From an uncultured Dehalococcoidales bacterium (GTDB lineage: Bacteria > Chloroflexota > UBA6077 > FW602-bin22), in assembly GCA_964536925.1 (NCBI GenBank), contig CAZHZF010000001.1, positions 150-64,149 on the forward strand: DNA of 64,000 nt, read 5' to 3'. How positions within the stretch are numbered: position 1 is the first letter of the stretch; each line of letters begins with the position of its first letter. The notes beneath the pieces were generated by a model, which made no database searches, had not been told where the DNA came from, and was given only the letters and a program-made list of their open reading frames with translations. The position numbers and the translations under genes were made by a program. Below are positions 39,171 to 48,207 of the stretch, piece after piece.

Positions 39171-40927
39171 GCGTTCTGCCCGGCGATCCGTCGGAGTGGG
39201 CCAGCGTCCTCATCGCCACCCTCATCGTCGCCAACGGGGCGATCGCGTTCCTCTTTCACGGGCGGAGAGCGCGCTCCCTGGGACTCGGCGCGCTGGCGCT
39301 GGCGGTGGGGATGTGCCTCTATCGGGCGACCGGAAGCCTCGTCCACGGCGTCGTTCCGGTGGCGGCGGTCGGCGGCGCGGGTGTCTGGGCGACGTGGCGT
39401 TGGTCAGCAATCCGAGAGGGCGATCGGCTCAGCCGCCTACAGACGCCGCTGCTGGTCGGCGCGGCCGGGATCGCCGGCTTCATCCTGGCGAGCGAGTATC
39501 CGCTGACAGGAACCGGCCGCCTCGATGCTGAGCTGGCCTGGGCATGGCCCGTCCTCGTCGCGGGAGTGCTCCTGATTGTCGAGCGCGGCGGATCGGGCCT
39601 CATCGCGAGCTCGGTTCTCCTCTCCGTCGGCGCGCTCGCGCTTGGCGTTCACCAGGGCCTGGGGATCGCCGCCGCACTGGGCCTGATGGTGCCGGGCTTC
39701 CTGACCGCCATCGCCCCCTCGGTACCGATCGCGTGGAGGTGGGATCGCCTCCCGCCCCGACTCTCGATCTCGGTGCGCGTGGCGGTAGGAGCTGCCGCTT
39801 GCGTGCTCCTCATGATCCCCGTGGCGCTCCGCGGAGTGCAGTCGCCCCTTCCGCCGGTGACTGCATTCGTGCCTCACCTGCTGGCGCTCTGCCTCGGCGG
39901 AGTCTCCCTTCTCGCGTCGGCGCGGCGCACGCTCGATGGACACTCGTTCGCTCTCCCGCTTGGTGCGCTGACCCTCGCATCGGCGGCGTGGATCGCCACC
40001 GATCACGTCTGGACGGGAATCCTCGCCACGCTGGCAGCCCTCCTCGCGCTCCGTGCGACCGTCGCGACCGAGCGTGAGCCGGAGCGGGTCATTTCACGCA
40101 CGACCGCGATCACCGTGCTGGGGACGATCGGATCGCTCCTCCCCGCCCTCGTCGAACAAGCCGGCGGGGGCAGTGTCGATCCGCTCGCCGCCCGGCTCAT
40201 GCTGGCGGTCCTGCTCGCATGCGGCCTGAGCTTCTCCGGATTCGGCACGTTTGCCGTTCCGCCCGCGCCGACCGCGGAGTACTGGATCGCGCTCGCGGCC
40301 AGTTCACTGGGCGGCGCGGCCATCGTCATGCGCGCGCTAGAACTGCATCCGTGGCTCCTCGGACTGGTTGGTGCGCGCGGGTTTCTCGCACTGGTCGGGG
40401 TGGTTCTGCTCCTCATCGGAAGCCTGTGGGCGTTCGTCGAGCGCCGACCCGGGGGGTTCCTTCTGGCGATCTCGGCGTACCCCCTTGGGACCGCGCTCCT
40501 CGGGCTCGGCGCGGGACTCGAACCGTCGCTGGCCGCCGACGCCGCGTTGAGCCGTGTCGGTTGGCTCGCCGTGTGCGGCCTGGCTTTGGTCGGGCGGGAG
40601 GGACGCGGCGGACGTGGGCGCACTCCCCTCGCTCGCGCCACCGATAGTGCGATCGTGACGTTCATCGCCGGTGCCCTCGCGCTCGCGGGTCTGCTGCCCG
40701 CGGGCACGCCACCTCTGGGTGGTGAACTGATCCGCGGCGTCCTCTCCAATCGTCCCGAGATCGCACTCATCTTCGGCGCGTCCGCCCTGGCGTGCATCTG
40801 GCGGTTGCGCATGCTGGGGGACTTCTGGTCCCGCGCCGAGGAGGAGCGGCCGGCAGGTGTCCAGGTTCCGCTCGTCGGCGCGTGGGTCCTCGCCGGTCTC
40901 ATGGTCCTCCACGGCGTGGCGCTCTGA
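39167..40927 (+). CDS. Second degenerate MrpD/NuoN-like polytopic membrane protein
   Basis: Very hydrophobic; remnants GSLWAFVERR..FLL...LG..LLGLG and LALAGLLP. GTGA overlap with the upstream stop. Confidence 0.5.
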   Translation: MSVLPGDPSEWASVLIATLIVANGAIAFLFHGRRARSLGLGALALAVGMCLYRATGSLVHGVVPVAAVGGAGVWATWRWSAIREGDRLSRLQTPLLVGAAGIAGFILASEYPLTGTGRLDAELAWAWPVLVAGVLLIVERGGSGLIASSVLLSVGALALGVHQGLGIAAALGLMVPGFLTAIAPSVPIAWRWDRLPPRLSISVRVAVGAAACVLLMIPVALRGVQSPLPPVTAFVPHLLALCLGGVSLLASARRTLDGHSFALPLGALTLASAAWIATDHVWTGILATLAALLALRATVATEREPERVISRTTAITVLGTIGSLLPALVEQAGGGSVDPLAARLMLAVLLACGLSFSGFGTFAVPPAPTAEYWIALAASSLGGAAIVMRALELHPWLLGLVGARGFLALVGVVLLLIGSLWAFVERRPGGFLLAISAYPLGTALLGLGAGLEPSLAADAALSRVGWLAVCGLALVGREGRGGRGRTPLARATDSAIVTFIAGALALAGLLPAGTPPLGGELIRGVLSNRPEIALIFGASALACIWRLRMLGDFWSRAEEERPAGVQVPLVGAWVLAGLMVLHGVAL

Positions 40928-42102
40928 TGTTCCGGCGCTGGCTCCGGCGCGGCGAACTGCCGGCGCTGCTCGGCTGGGACCTGTGGACGCTCCGTGAGAT
41001 CGCTTCCTGGGGCGACGGGGGGCGGCGCCTGGGTGCGCGTTGGGAGGAGGTGGCCGGCCCGCGTGTCGCCGCGATCCTCGGGATGCGCACGGTCGACCTC
41101 TGGCGGGAACGATCCGTCACACGCTGGCTGGGGACACTCGGCGTGCGTAACCCCGATGTCATCGCGGTTGGGGTCGCTCCCGGCGGAGGAACCATCCTGC
41201 GCCCGATCGACCTCAAGTTCACCCTCGATACGGCCGAGCACGATCAGGTGTCAGCGCCCGTCCTCACCCGTCTCCTGGAGGTCGGAGGCGATCGCCTGGC
41301 CGACCTCCTTCCCGAGGGCTGCGAGGGCGCAACTGTGGGGGATGGCCTCTTCTTCGCCCCGGCACGGCAATTGAACGCGGCTTACCTCCAGTCGAAGGTC
41401 AATCGCGCGCAGTCGCGGCCGATCGTGACGACCGATGTCCACCTGATCCCGATCGGCGCAGAGGAGTTTCACGAACCCCTGCCGGGCTGGAGCCTCGCCC
41501 GCCGCCTCGCGCGTCTGGATAGCCGCGGCGATGTCTTGTCCGACTTCGAGGTGGCATCGACCTACTACCTTCTCGGCGTCGGCGTGTTCGGCGCGGCGAT
41601 GGCCGAGCGCCGGACGATCTTTGCCGAGCGCGACGGAATCTCGGACGATGAGTTGCTCCGGAACGATCCGCGCGACGAGGAGGCCGCCGATGCGATCGTG
41701 ACGGCTTCTATCGCGGACGGTGAGCGCACCTCGCGTGCGATCGTTCGTGGCTTCGAGCGACGCCGCGCGGCGCGCAAGGATCTGGTCGAGCGCCGTCGGA
41801 CGATCGAGCAGTTGCCCTACGGGTTCAAGGCCCTCAATGGCGATGCGCGGCGCATTGGCGTCGATACGGAGAGTCCCGCCGTTCAGATGGCCATCCGCAC
41901 CGTGCATCGAAGGCTGGCGCAGGAGCATCGCGTGCGCGTGCGCGAGCGCGGGCGCGCGCTGATGGCGGGCGGCCTGAGCGAGACCGAGGCCCTGGACCGG
42001 CTCGCGTCATCGGCCGACGTCGAACGCCGCACCCTCAAGCGCGACGCGCTCGATCTCCTCTCAGACCTGCTTCGTGAGGCGCCGGCAGCCGACTCTCAGT
42101 GA
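40927..42102 (+). CDS. Soluble hypothetical protein with PD-(D/E)xK nuclease-like motif
   Basis: RNPDVIAVG...LRPIDLKFTLD, followed by a helical Arg-rich C-terminus. TGATG coupling. Confidence 0.55.
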   Translation: MFRRWLRRGELPALLGWDLWTLREIASWGDGGRRLGARWEEVAGPRVAAILGMRTVDLWRERSVTRWLGTLGVRNPDVIAVGVAPGGGTILRPIDLKFTLDTAEHDQVSAPVLTRLLEVGGDRLADLLPEGCEGATVGDGLFFAPARQLNAAYLQSKVNRAQSRPIVTTDVHLIPIGAEEFHEPLPGWSLARRLARLDSRGDVLSDFEVASTYYLLGVGVFGAAMAERRTIFAERDGISDDELLRNDPRDEEAADAIVTASIADGERTSRAIVRGFERRRAARKDLVERRRTIEQLPYGFKALNGDARRIGVDTESPAVQMAIRTVHRRLAQEHRVRVRERGRALMAGGLSETEALDRLASSADVERRTLKRDALDLLSDLLREAPAADSQ

Positions 42103-43577
42103 CCTCCGCCCCGCCCGGCGGGCTGACTCGTCACGATCCGTGCCCCGTTGGGGCCCGCCTCGGGAGCGAGCCACTCCGTATGAAAGGCGCCCGGGCGGTC
42201 GATGCGCTCGTACGTGTGAGCGCCGAAATAGTCGCGCTGTCCCTGGATGAGATTGGCCGGCAGGCGCGCCGCGCGATAGCTGTCGAAGTAGGCAAGGGAC
42301 GACCCGAACGCCGGGCAGGGGATGCCCAGTCCGATCGCGGTGCGCACGGTGTGGCGCCATCCCGCCTGCCGCTCGTTGATCGCGGCCCGGAAGTCGGCGT
42401 CGAGAAGGAGGTTCGGCAACTTCGGATCGCGCGCGAACGCAGCCTGGATCTCGTTGAGGAGACGGGCACGGATGATGCAGCCGCCTTTCCAGATGCGGGC
42501 GATCTCCGGTAGGTTCAGGTTGTAGCCGCGATCCGCCGAGGCAGTCGCGAGGAGCGACATCCCCTGCGCGTACGAGGCGATCTTGGAGGCGTAGAGAGCC
42601 TGACGCACCGCGCCGATCAGGCGATCGGCCGACGCTCCGCGCAGGCGCAACTGGCGTGGCCCCTTCAGGGCCTTCGCCGCGGTCACCCGCTCCGCTTTGA
42701 GCGCCGAGATGTTCCTCCCCCACAGGGCGGCCTCGATCGTCGGGATCGGCACGCCCAGCTCCAGTCCATCCTGACCGGTCCACCGTCCGGTCCCCTTCTG
42801 GCCCGCGCGATCGAGGATCACATCCACGATCGGCCGCCCGGTATCGCGATCGACGGACTGGAGGACCGCGGCCGAGATCTCGACGAGGTAGGAATCGAGT
42901 TCGCCGCGGTTCCACTCCGCGAAGATGCCACCGATCTCGACCGCGGAGAGCCCGCACCCGCGGCTGAGGATGTCGTAAGCCTCCACGATCAACTGCATGT
43001 CGCCGTACTCGATGCCGTTATGAACCATCTTGACATAATGACCGGCCGCGCCGGTCCCCATGTACGCCACGCATGGTCCATCCGGAACCTTCGCGGCGAT
43101 GGCGCCCAGCACGCCCGCGATCCGCGGATAGGCGGCCTCGGGACCGCCCGGCATGATCGACGGGCCGTTGAGCGCCCCCTCCTCGCCGCCCGAGACTCCG
43201 ACGCCGAAATAGTGGATGCCCGTGGGCGCGATCGCGGCCGAGCGACGCGCGGTATCCTCGAAGTAGGAGTTGCCACAGTCCATCACCAGATCGTCCGGCG
43301 CGAGCAGGGGCAGGAGTTGATCCAGAACCGAATCGACCGGCTTCCCGGCCTGAACCATGATCGCGATCGAACGCGGTCGCGCGATCGTCCCCACGAACTC
43401 CTCGAGGGTGTAGGCCGGCGTCACCGGCTTCCCGGCGGTTCGGCGCGCGACGTACTGCTCGGTGACGGCGCGGGTGCGGTTGTAGACCGCGATCGGGAAG
43501 CCGTGATTGGCGATGTTGAGCGCGAGGTTCTCGCCCATCACGGCGAGGCCGATCAGACCGATCTGTGGCGTGGCCAT
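42096..43577 (-). CDS. gnd: NADP-dependent 6-phosphogluconate dehydrogenase
   Basis: GLIGLAVMGENLA, YVKMVHNGIEYGDMQ, IWKGGCIIRA and QGQRDYFGAHTY motifs. Confidence 0.97.
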   Translation of the reverse strand: MATPQIGLIGLAVMGENLALNIANHGFPIAVYNRTRAVTEQYVARRTAGKPVTPAYTLEEFVGTIARPRSIAIMVQAGKPVDSVLDQLLPLLAPDDLVMDCGNSYFEDTARRSAAIAPTGIHYFGVGVSGGEEGALNGPSIMPGGPEAAYPRIAGVLGAIAAKVPDGPCVAYMGTGAAGHYVKMVHNGIEYGDMQLIVEAYDILSRGCGLSAVEIGGIFAEWNRGELDSYLVEISAAVLQSVDRDTGRPIVDVILDRAGQKGTGRWTGQDGLELGVPIPTIEAALWGRNISALKAERVTAAKALKGPRQLRLRGASADRLIGAVRQALYASKIASYAQGMSLLATASADRGYNLNLPEIARIWKGGCIIRARLLNEIQAAFARDPKLPNLLLDADFRAAINERQAGWRHTVRTAIGLGIPCPAFGSSLAYFDSYRAARLPANLIQGQRDYFGAHTYERIDRPGAFHTEWLAPEAGPNGARIVTSQPAGRGGGH

Positions 43578-43655
43578 GTACTCTCTCCCGTCGCGTCGCG
43601 CAGCCGATCATACGGCACGCGCGCGCGTCGCACGCGGAGCCGGTACGATGTGTCT

Positions 43656-44057
43656 ATGTCTGAACCGAGCGCTTCCGGTTCCGCCTCCTACTCGATGCGG
43701 TCGGGCGACTGGGGCGAGGTCGACCGTGCGGACTGGGAAGAACTCCTCGCCCTGGCCGCGCTGCTCGGGCGGGCGATCGAACCCGGCCACCCGGAGCGCC
43801 CGGCCCCGCTGACACTGGCGCTGAAAGCCCAGGAGATGGCGCAGCGACTGTTCGCCGGGCTTGCCGGTGAGGAGCGCGATCTGCGTCAGGTCATCACCAC
43901 GCTGCGCACTGCCCACGCGGTCGCGTGGGACATGTATGACGCGCGTCAGGCCGAGCGTGTGACGGTCAGCGCCCACATGGCACGTCTGCGATCGACCATC
44001 GATGAGTTCGAGGCCGATCTGCGGCGGCTCCTCGAGGAATCGCCACCCGCGCCCTGA
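43656..44057 (+). CDS. Hypothetical helical protein (133 aa)
   Basis: ATG 43656 lies 6 nt after TACGAT. Amphipathic helices; divergent from gnd. Confidence 0.65.
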   Translation: MSEPSASGSASYSMRSGDWGEVDRADWEELLALAALLGRAIEPGHPERPAPLTLALKAQEMAQRLFAGLAGEERDLRQVITTLRTAHAVAWDMYDARQAERVTVSAHMARLRSTIDEFEADLRRLLEESPPAP

Positions 44058-44125
44058 CGGGTTGAATCGGCTCGTCTGGGAGGCGTACGTTCGCGGCAAG
44101 AGTGCCCGCGAAGATTCCCGACGGA

Positions 44126-45211
44126 TCAGTCGTCGTGCGTCTCGTACCACCGCAGCGCGTCGCGATCGATCTTCCAGCCGATACCTGGTTCGTCGGTCAT
44201 CACGATCTCCGAGTTCTCCACCACGAGCGGCGCGATCGTGACCGGGGCGCTGCTGACGCGGCCGAAGTACATCCCGACCTCGACGATCATGCCGTTGGCG
44301 ACGCCAGCCACGCAGTGTGCGCCCACGTGTCCGTTACCGTGCGGGGCCATGGGAAGGCCGTGCGCCGCGGCGTAATGAGCGATCTTTCGCCACTCCGTCA
44401 GGCCACCACAGATCAGTGCGTCGGCCTGCACGATGTCGCACGCGCGGTGATCGATCATGTCGCGGAAGGCGTGGAGCGCGCCAACGTTCTCCCCGGTCGC
44501 GACGGGCAGGTCGAGCGCCCGGGCCACCTCGGCGCAGCCGCGGTGGTCCCACGGGTCCACCGGTTCCTCCAGCCAGTAGAGGTTCTCTTCGCCCACCGCC
44601 CGCGTGAAACGGATCGCTTCATACGACGTCCAGGCGTGGTTCGCATCGATCATCAGACCGACTCTCGCGGGAAGTGCCGCTCGCACGGCCCGCACGCGGG
44701 CGAGGTCCTCGTCGAAACCGAGCCGGCCCACTTTCATCTTCACGATGTCGAAGCCGTGGCCCGCAAAGTCCATCATCTCGTTCACCAGTTCGTCGATGCC
44801 CTTGCCTGGCTGATACATCCCACCCGCGCCGTACGCGCGCACGCGCCGCCGCGCTCCGCCCAGAAGGCGCCAGACCGGCTGGCCGAGAGCCTTGCCCAGG
44901 AGATCCCAGATCGCGATGTCGACGCGGCTCAGGGCCATCACATCGTCGGTCTTGGGATGGCGCCAACCCTGCCAGAGCTGCGCCCAGATTGCCTCGATAT
45001 CGCGCGGGTCCATCCCGAGGATCGCCGGCTTGAGGTCGGTCTCGACGACCGACGGATGCGCGGCTCCGGGACAGAAACCGGTCAATCCCTCGTCGGTAAA
45101 CACCTCGACGTACCCGAAGATGCGGCGCTGATTCGCGTAACCGCCATCGGTGTTCGGGCGCACGCCAGGACCTCGATCGCGGTAAACCGAGCGGACATCG
45201 GTGATCTTCAT
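44126..45211 (-). CDS. Mandelate racemase/muconate lactonizing (enolase superfamily) enzyme
   Basis: DIAIWDLLGK, VKMKVG, LMIDAN, WLEEP and VATGEN motifs. Confidence 0.92.
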   Translation of the reverse strand: MKITDVRSVYRDRGPGVRPNTDGGYANQRRIFGYVEVFTDEGLTGFCPGAAHPSVVETDLKPAILGMDPRDIEAIWAQLWQGWRHPKTDDVMALSRVDIAIWDLLGKALGQPVWRLLGGARRRVRAYGAGGMYQPGKGIDELVNEMMDFAGHGFDIVKMKVGRLGFDEDLARVRAVRAALPARVGLMIDANHAWTSYEAIRFTRAVGEENLYWLEEPVDPWDHRGCAEVARALDLPVATGENVGALHAFRDMIDHRACDIVQADALICGGLTEWRKIAHYAAAHGLPMAPHGNGHVGAHCVAGVANGMIVEVGMYFGRVSSAPVTIAPLVVENSEIVMTDEPGIGWKIDRDALRWYETHDD

Positions 45212-45234
45212 GGCGCGGAATATACTCGCGCCCG

Positions 45235-46263
45235 GTGACCCGCCCGGCGCTCGGACTCGATAGCTACTCGCTGCGCCTTCAGGGATGGGATGCCTTCGCG
45301 TTCATCCGCTATGCCGGTGCGATGGGCCTCGACGCGGTGCACTTCTCCGAGCGCGCGAACCTCGCTTCGCACGATCGCTCCTATCTGCGCGAGGTGCGCG
45401 ACGAAGCTCGCGCGCAGGGCGTGGCGCTCGAGGTCGGGCTCGGCAGTATCGATCGGTACGCCGCCTCGTTCGATCCGACGCACGGCGACGCCGAGGAGCA
45501 GGTCACTGCGATGATCCAGGCCGCGGCCGAGGTCGGGTCACCCATCGTGCGCTGCTTCCTCGGTGATCGGCGCGACCGGGCGGGAGCCGTCCCCCTCGAG
45601 GCGCACATCGCCGAGTGTGAGCGCGTGATCGCTGCGATCGCTCCGGTCGCACGGGCCAACCGCGTGCGCCTGGCGCTCGAGAACCACGGCGGGGTCGATC
45701 TCCTCGCCCGCGAACTGCGCGCGATCATCGAGCGGCGGGGATTCGACGTGGTCGGCGCCTGCCTGGACACGGGCAATCCCGCCTACGCGGGCGAGGATCC
45801 ACTCCTGGCCGCCGAGATCCTCGCTCCGTACGCGTTGACGACCCACGTGCGCGACACCGCGGTGTGGGAGGCAGCGGACGGCGCGATGGCGCAGTGGGTT
45901 CCGCTCGGCGAGGGGAATACCGATCTCGCGGGTATCCGTGATCTCCTCGTCGCGCATGCCCCGGAGTGCCCCTTCGATCTCGAGATCATCACGGGGACTG
46001 GCCCGGCCCGCGTTCCGTACCTCACGTCCGAGCACGCGATGCTCTACCCCGAAGTCCCCGCAATGGACGCGGCCCGATTCGCCCTCCTGGCCCGAGACGG
46101 GACGCGGCGCGGCCTCAGGCCGCGCACCCAGGTCCTCGCCGTGCGCGCAGGCGCCACGCCGCCCGACACGCTGGAGCGTCTGCGGATCCAGCAGCGCGCG
46201 GACTTCGAGTCCAGTGTCGCGTACGCCCGCAGTCGGCTGCATCTCGGGCGGCGTCCCGCGTGA
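45235..46263 (+). CDS. Sugar phosphate isomerase/epimerase (xylose-isomerase-like TIM barrel)
   Basis: LALENHGG, CLDTGN, THVRD and PLGEG motifs. Confidence 0.88.
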   Translation: MTRPALGLDSYSLRLQGWDAFAFIRYAGAMGLDAVHFSERANLASHDRSYLREVRDEARAQGVALEVGLGSIDRYAASFDPTHGDAEEQVTAMIQAAAEVGSPIVRCFLGDRRDRAGAVPLEAHIAECERVIAAIAPVARANRVRLALENHGGVDLLARELRAIIERRGFDVVGACLDTGNPAYAGEDPLLAAEILAPYALTTHVRDTAVWEAADGAMAQWVPLGEGNTDLAGIRDLLVAHAPECPFDLEIITGTGPARVPYLTSEHAMLYPEVPAMDAARFALLARDGTRRGLRPRTQVLAVRAGATPPDTLERLRIQQRADFESSVAYARSRLHLGRRPA

Positions 46264-47639
46264 TGCCCCGCGTCGCGGTGGTCGGCTGGGACGGGCTGCG
46301 CCCGGACCTGATCGATGAGACGACAACCCCGACCCTGTCCGCACTTCGTGCCCGCGCCTTCCGCTTTCCGCGCGCCCGGTCGGTGTATCCGAGCGAGACG
46401 CGGCCCAACAACGCCACGATCGGCACGGGTGCCCAGCCCGGCGCGCACGGGATCACGGCCAACCACATGTTCGCTCCGGACGTCGTCGGTCACCTGAACA
46501 CCGGCAACCCCTCGCACCTGCTCGCCATTGGACAGAGGCATGGCCGGGTGGTTCTCCCGCTCACCCTCGGCGAAGTTCTCGCCTCGGGCGGGAGGCGCCT
46601 GGCCGTGTTCGGGTCCGGTTCTCCCGGCCAGACACTCCTCCAGAATCCCCACGGTGCCGGATGGACGGTCAATCGCGCGTTCCGTATCCCCGTCGAGATC
46701 GACGCCCTGCTCCCACCGATTCCCGCGGGCGATGCGGATCGGGACACGGTCGACCGCTTTCTGCAGACCGCGCTGCTCGATGTGGCGCTGGCCCGACTGG
46801 ATCCGGACGTCTGCATCCTCTGGTCGTCCGAGCCGGATGGATCGCTCCACGCGCACGGCCTCGGCTCCCCGGAGGTGCGCGCGGCGCTGCGCCGGAACGA
46901 CGACCGACTCGCGCTTCTGCTCGATCGGCTCGACCTGAACCGCACGACGTTGCTGTTCCTCTCCGACCACGGCCACGCGTCGGTGCGCCCGGGCGTCTCC
47001 GTACGCGCCGAGCTCGAGCGCGCCGGCCTGGCGAACCCGGCACAGGTCGAAGTCACCGCCGCCGGGCGTGGCATCCACCTCCGTGGCGCGGCGCGAGCGA
47101 GGCTCCCGCGCATCGCGGCGTGGCTCGCGGAGCAGACCTGGTGCGGCCCGATCTTCGCCCGCGATGACCTACCCTCGGCCGACTTCCCCGCGACGGTGGC
47201 CCCGGCGTCATCGCTCTGGGGAGGCGCCGCCGGTCGATGGGTGCCGGATCTCTTCTGGTCGCCGTCCTGGGGCGACGAGCCGAACCTCCACGGCGTCCCC
47301 GGCTGGTCGACCGGCGATGCGGCGAGCGCCGACCGGCTGCAATCCGATCACGGCGCGCTCTCCCCCTGGGAGATGGGCAATGTGATGTTCGCCATCGGCG
47401 CCGGCGTGTCCGCATCGGCGGACTCATCGCTGCCGGCCAGCCCGGCGGATATCGCGCCCACGATCCTCCACCTGCTCGGGTGCGAGCAGCCGACGTCGAT
47501 GACGGGTCGTCCGCTGCGTGAGGCGTTCGGTGGCGCGACCTCGCCGGAGTCAGCGCGGATCATCAGTCGCGGCGGCTGGGGCGTCCTTCGCGAGCGACGC
47601 GTGGGGACCGCGACGTATGTGGACGTTGCGCGGGACTGA
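46263..47639 (+). CDS. Alkaline phosphatase superfamily / nucleotide pyrophosphatase-like enzyme
   Basis: VGWDGLRPD, SVYPSETRPNNATIGTG, EPDGSLH, LSDHGH and SDHG motifs. ATG 46263 overlaps the upstream TGA. Confidence 0.88.
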   Translation: MPRVAVVGWDGLRPDLIDETTTPTLSALRARAFRFPRARSVYPSETRPNNATIGTGAQPGAHGITANHMFAPDVVGHLNTGNPSHLLAIGQRHGRVVLPLTLGEVLASGGRRLAVFGSGSPGQTLLQNPHGAGWTVNRAFRIPVEIDALLPPIPAGDADRDTVDRFLQTALLDVALARLDPDVCILWSSEPDGSLHAHGLGSPEVRAALRRNDDRLALLLDRLDLNRTTLLFLSDHGHASVRPGVSVRAELERAGLANPAQVEVTAAGRGIHLRGAARARLPRIAAWLAEQTWCGPIFARDDLPSADFPATVAPASSLWGGAAGRWVPDLFWSPSWGDEPNLHGVPGWSTGDAASADRLQSDHGALSPWEMGNVMFAIGAGVSASADSSLPASPADIAPTILHLLGCEQPTSMTGRPLREAFGGATSPESARIISRGGWGVLRERRVGTATYVDVARD

Positions 47640-47640
47640 C

Positions 47641-48207
47641 TCAGCCCTGGTTGCGGATCAGGTCGGTCGGGGCACCCAGCGCGCGCAACGCATCGCGGTC
47701 GAATCGCGGCGCGATCGCCTGGGGCGACCAGACCCGGTTTGAACTGCGCAGCACCACGATCCAGGTGCCCTCCGTCCGATCCGTGATTCGCACCGCGGCC
47801 CAGCCGGGTTTGCCGTCGATCGCCAGTCCCTCCAGATCCTCCAGGGGCCGGGATATGGATGCCGCGGCATAGGTTCGCGCCGCCTGAACCATCTGATGCA
47901 CTTCGCCGGTCCCGGCGGTCAGATCCTGGTAGGTCTGGACGATGAGGAACGGGTAGACCAGCGAGGGGAACATCACGACCGCGGCGATCCCGACCGTGGC
48001 CCACGATCGCAGCGCGATCCCGCGGACCAGGAACGCCGCGGTGAACAAGAAGAATGCGACGCACACGAGGATCTTTCCCGCGGCCTGGACCAGCGCGCAA
48101 TCGAGCGGACCGCAATCGGTCGTCTGCGCGCCCATTCCCGGCAGGATCGCCAGGACGAGCGCTGGCCCGGCCAGGATCGCGCCGGAACGGACGAGCGCGC
48201 GACTCAT
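47641..48207 (-). CDS. Hypothetical membrane protein
   Basis: Three hydrophobic helices and a small soluble C-domain. ATGA-coupled to argC. Confidence 0.6.
   Translation of the reverse strand: MSRALVRSGAILAGPALVLAILPGMGAQTTDCGPLDCALVQAAGKILVCVAFFLFTAAFLVRGIALRSWATVGIAAVVMFPSLVYPFLIVQTYQDLTAGTGEVHQMVQAARTYAAASISRPLEDLEGLAIDGKPGWAAVRITDRTEGTWIVVLRSSNRVWSPQAIAPRFDRDALRALGAPTDLIRNQG

Noticed and set aside
37716-40927. Functional Mrp antiporter or hydrogenase-4 membrane arm
   Set aside because: The essential Glu/Lys residues appear missing and no partner subunits are present; reported instead as a degenerate-paralogue finding.
44072-44120. Hairpin TTCGCGG/CCGCGAA between convergent genes as an ncRNA
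   Set aside because: Short GC stem best explained as a terminator-like structure; too weak to call.
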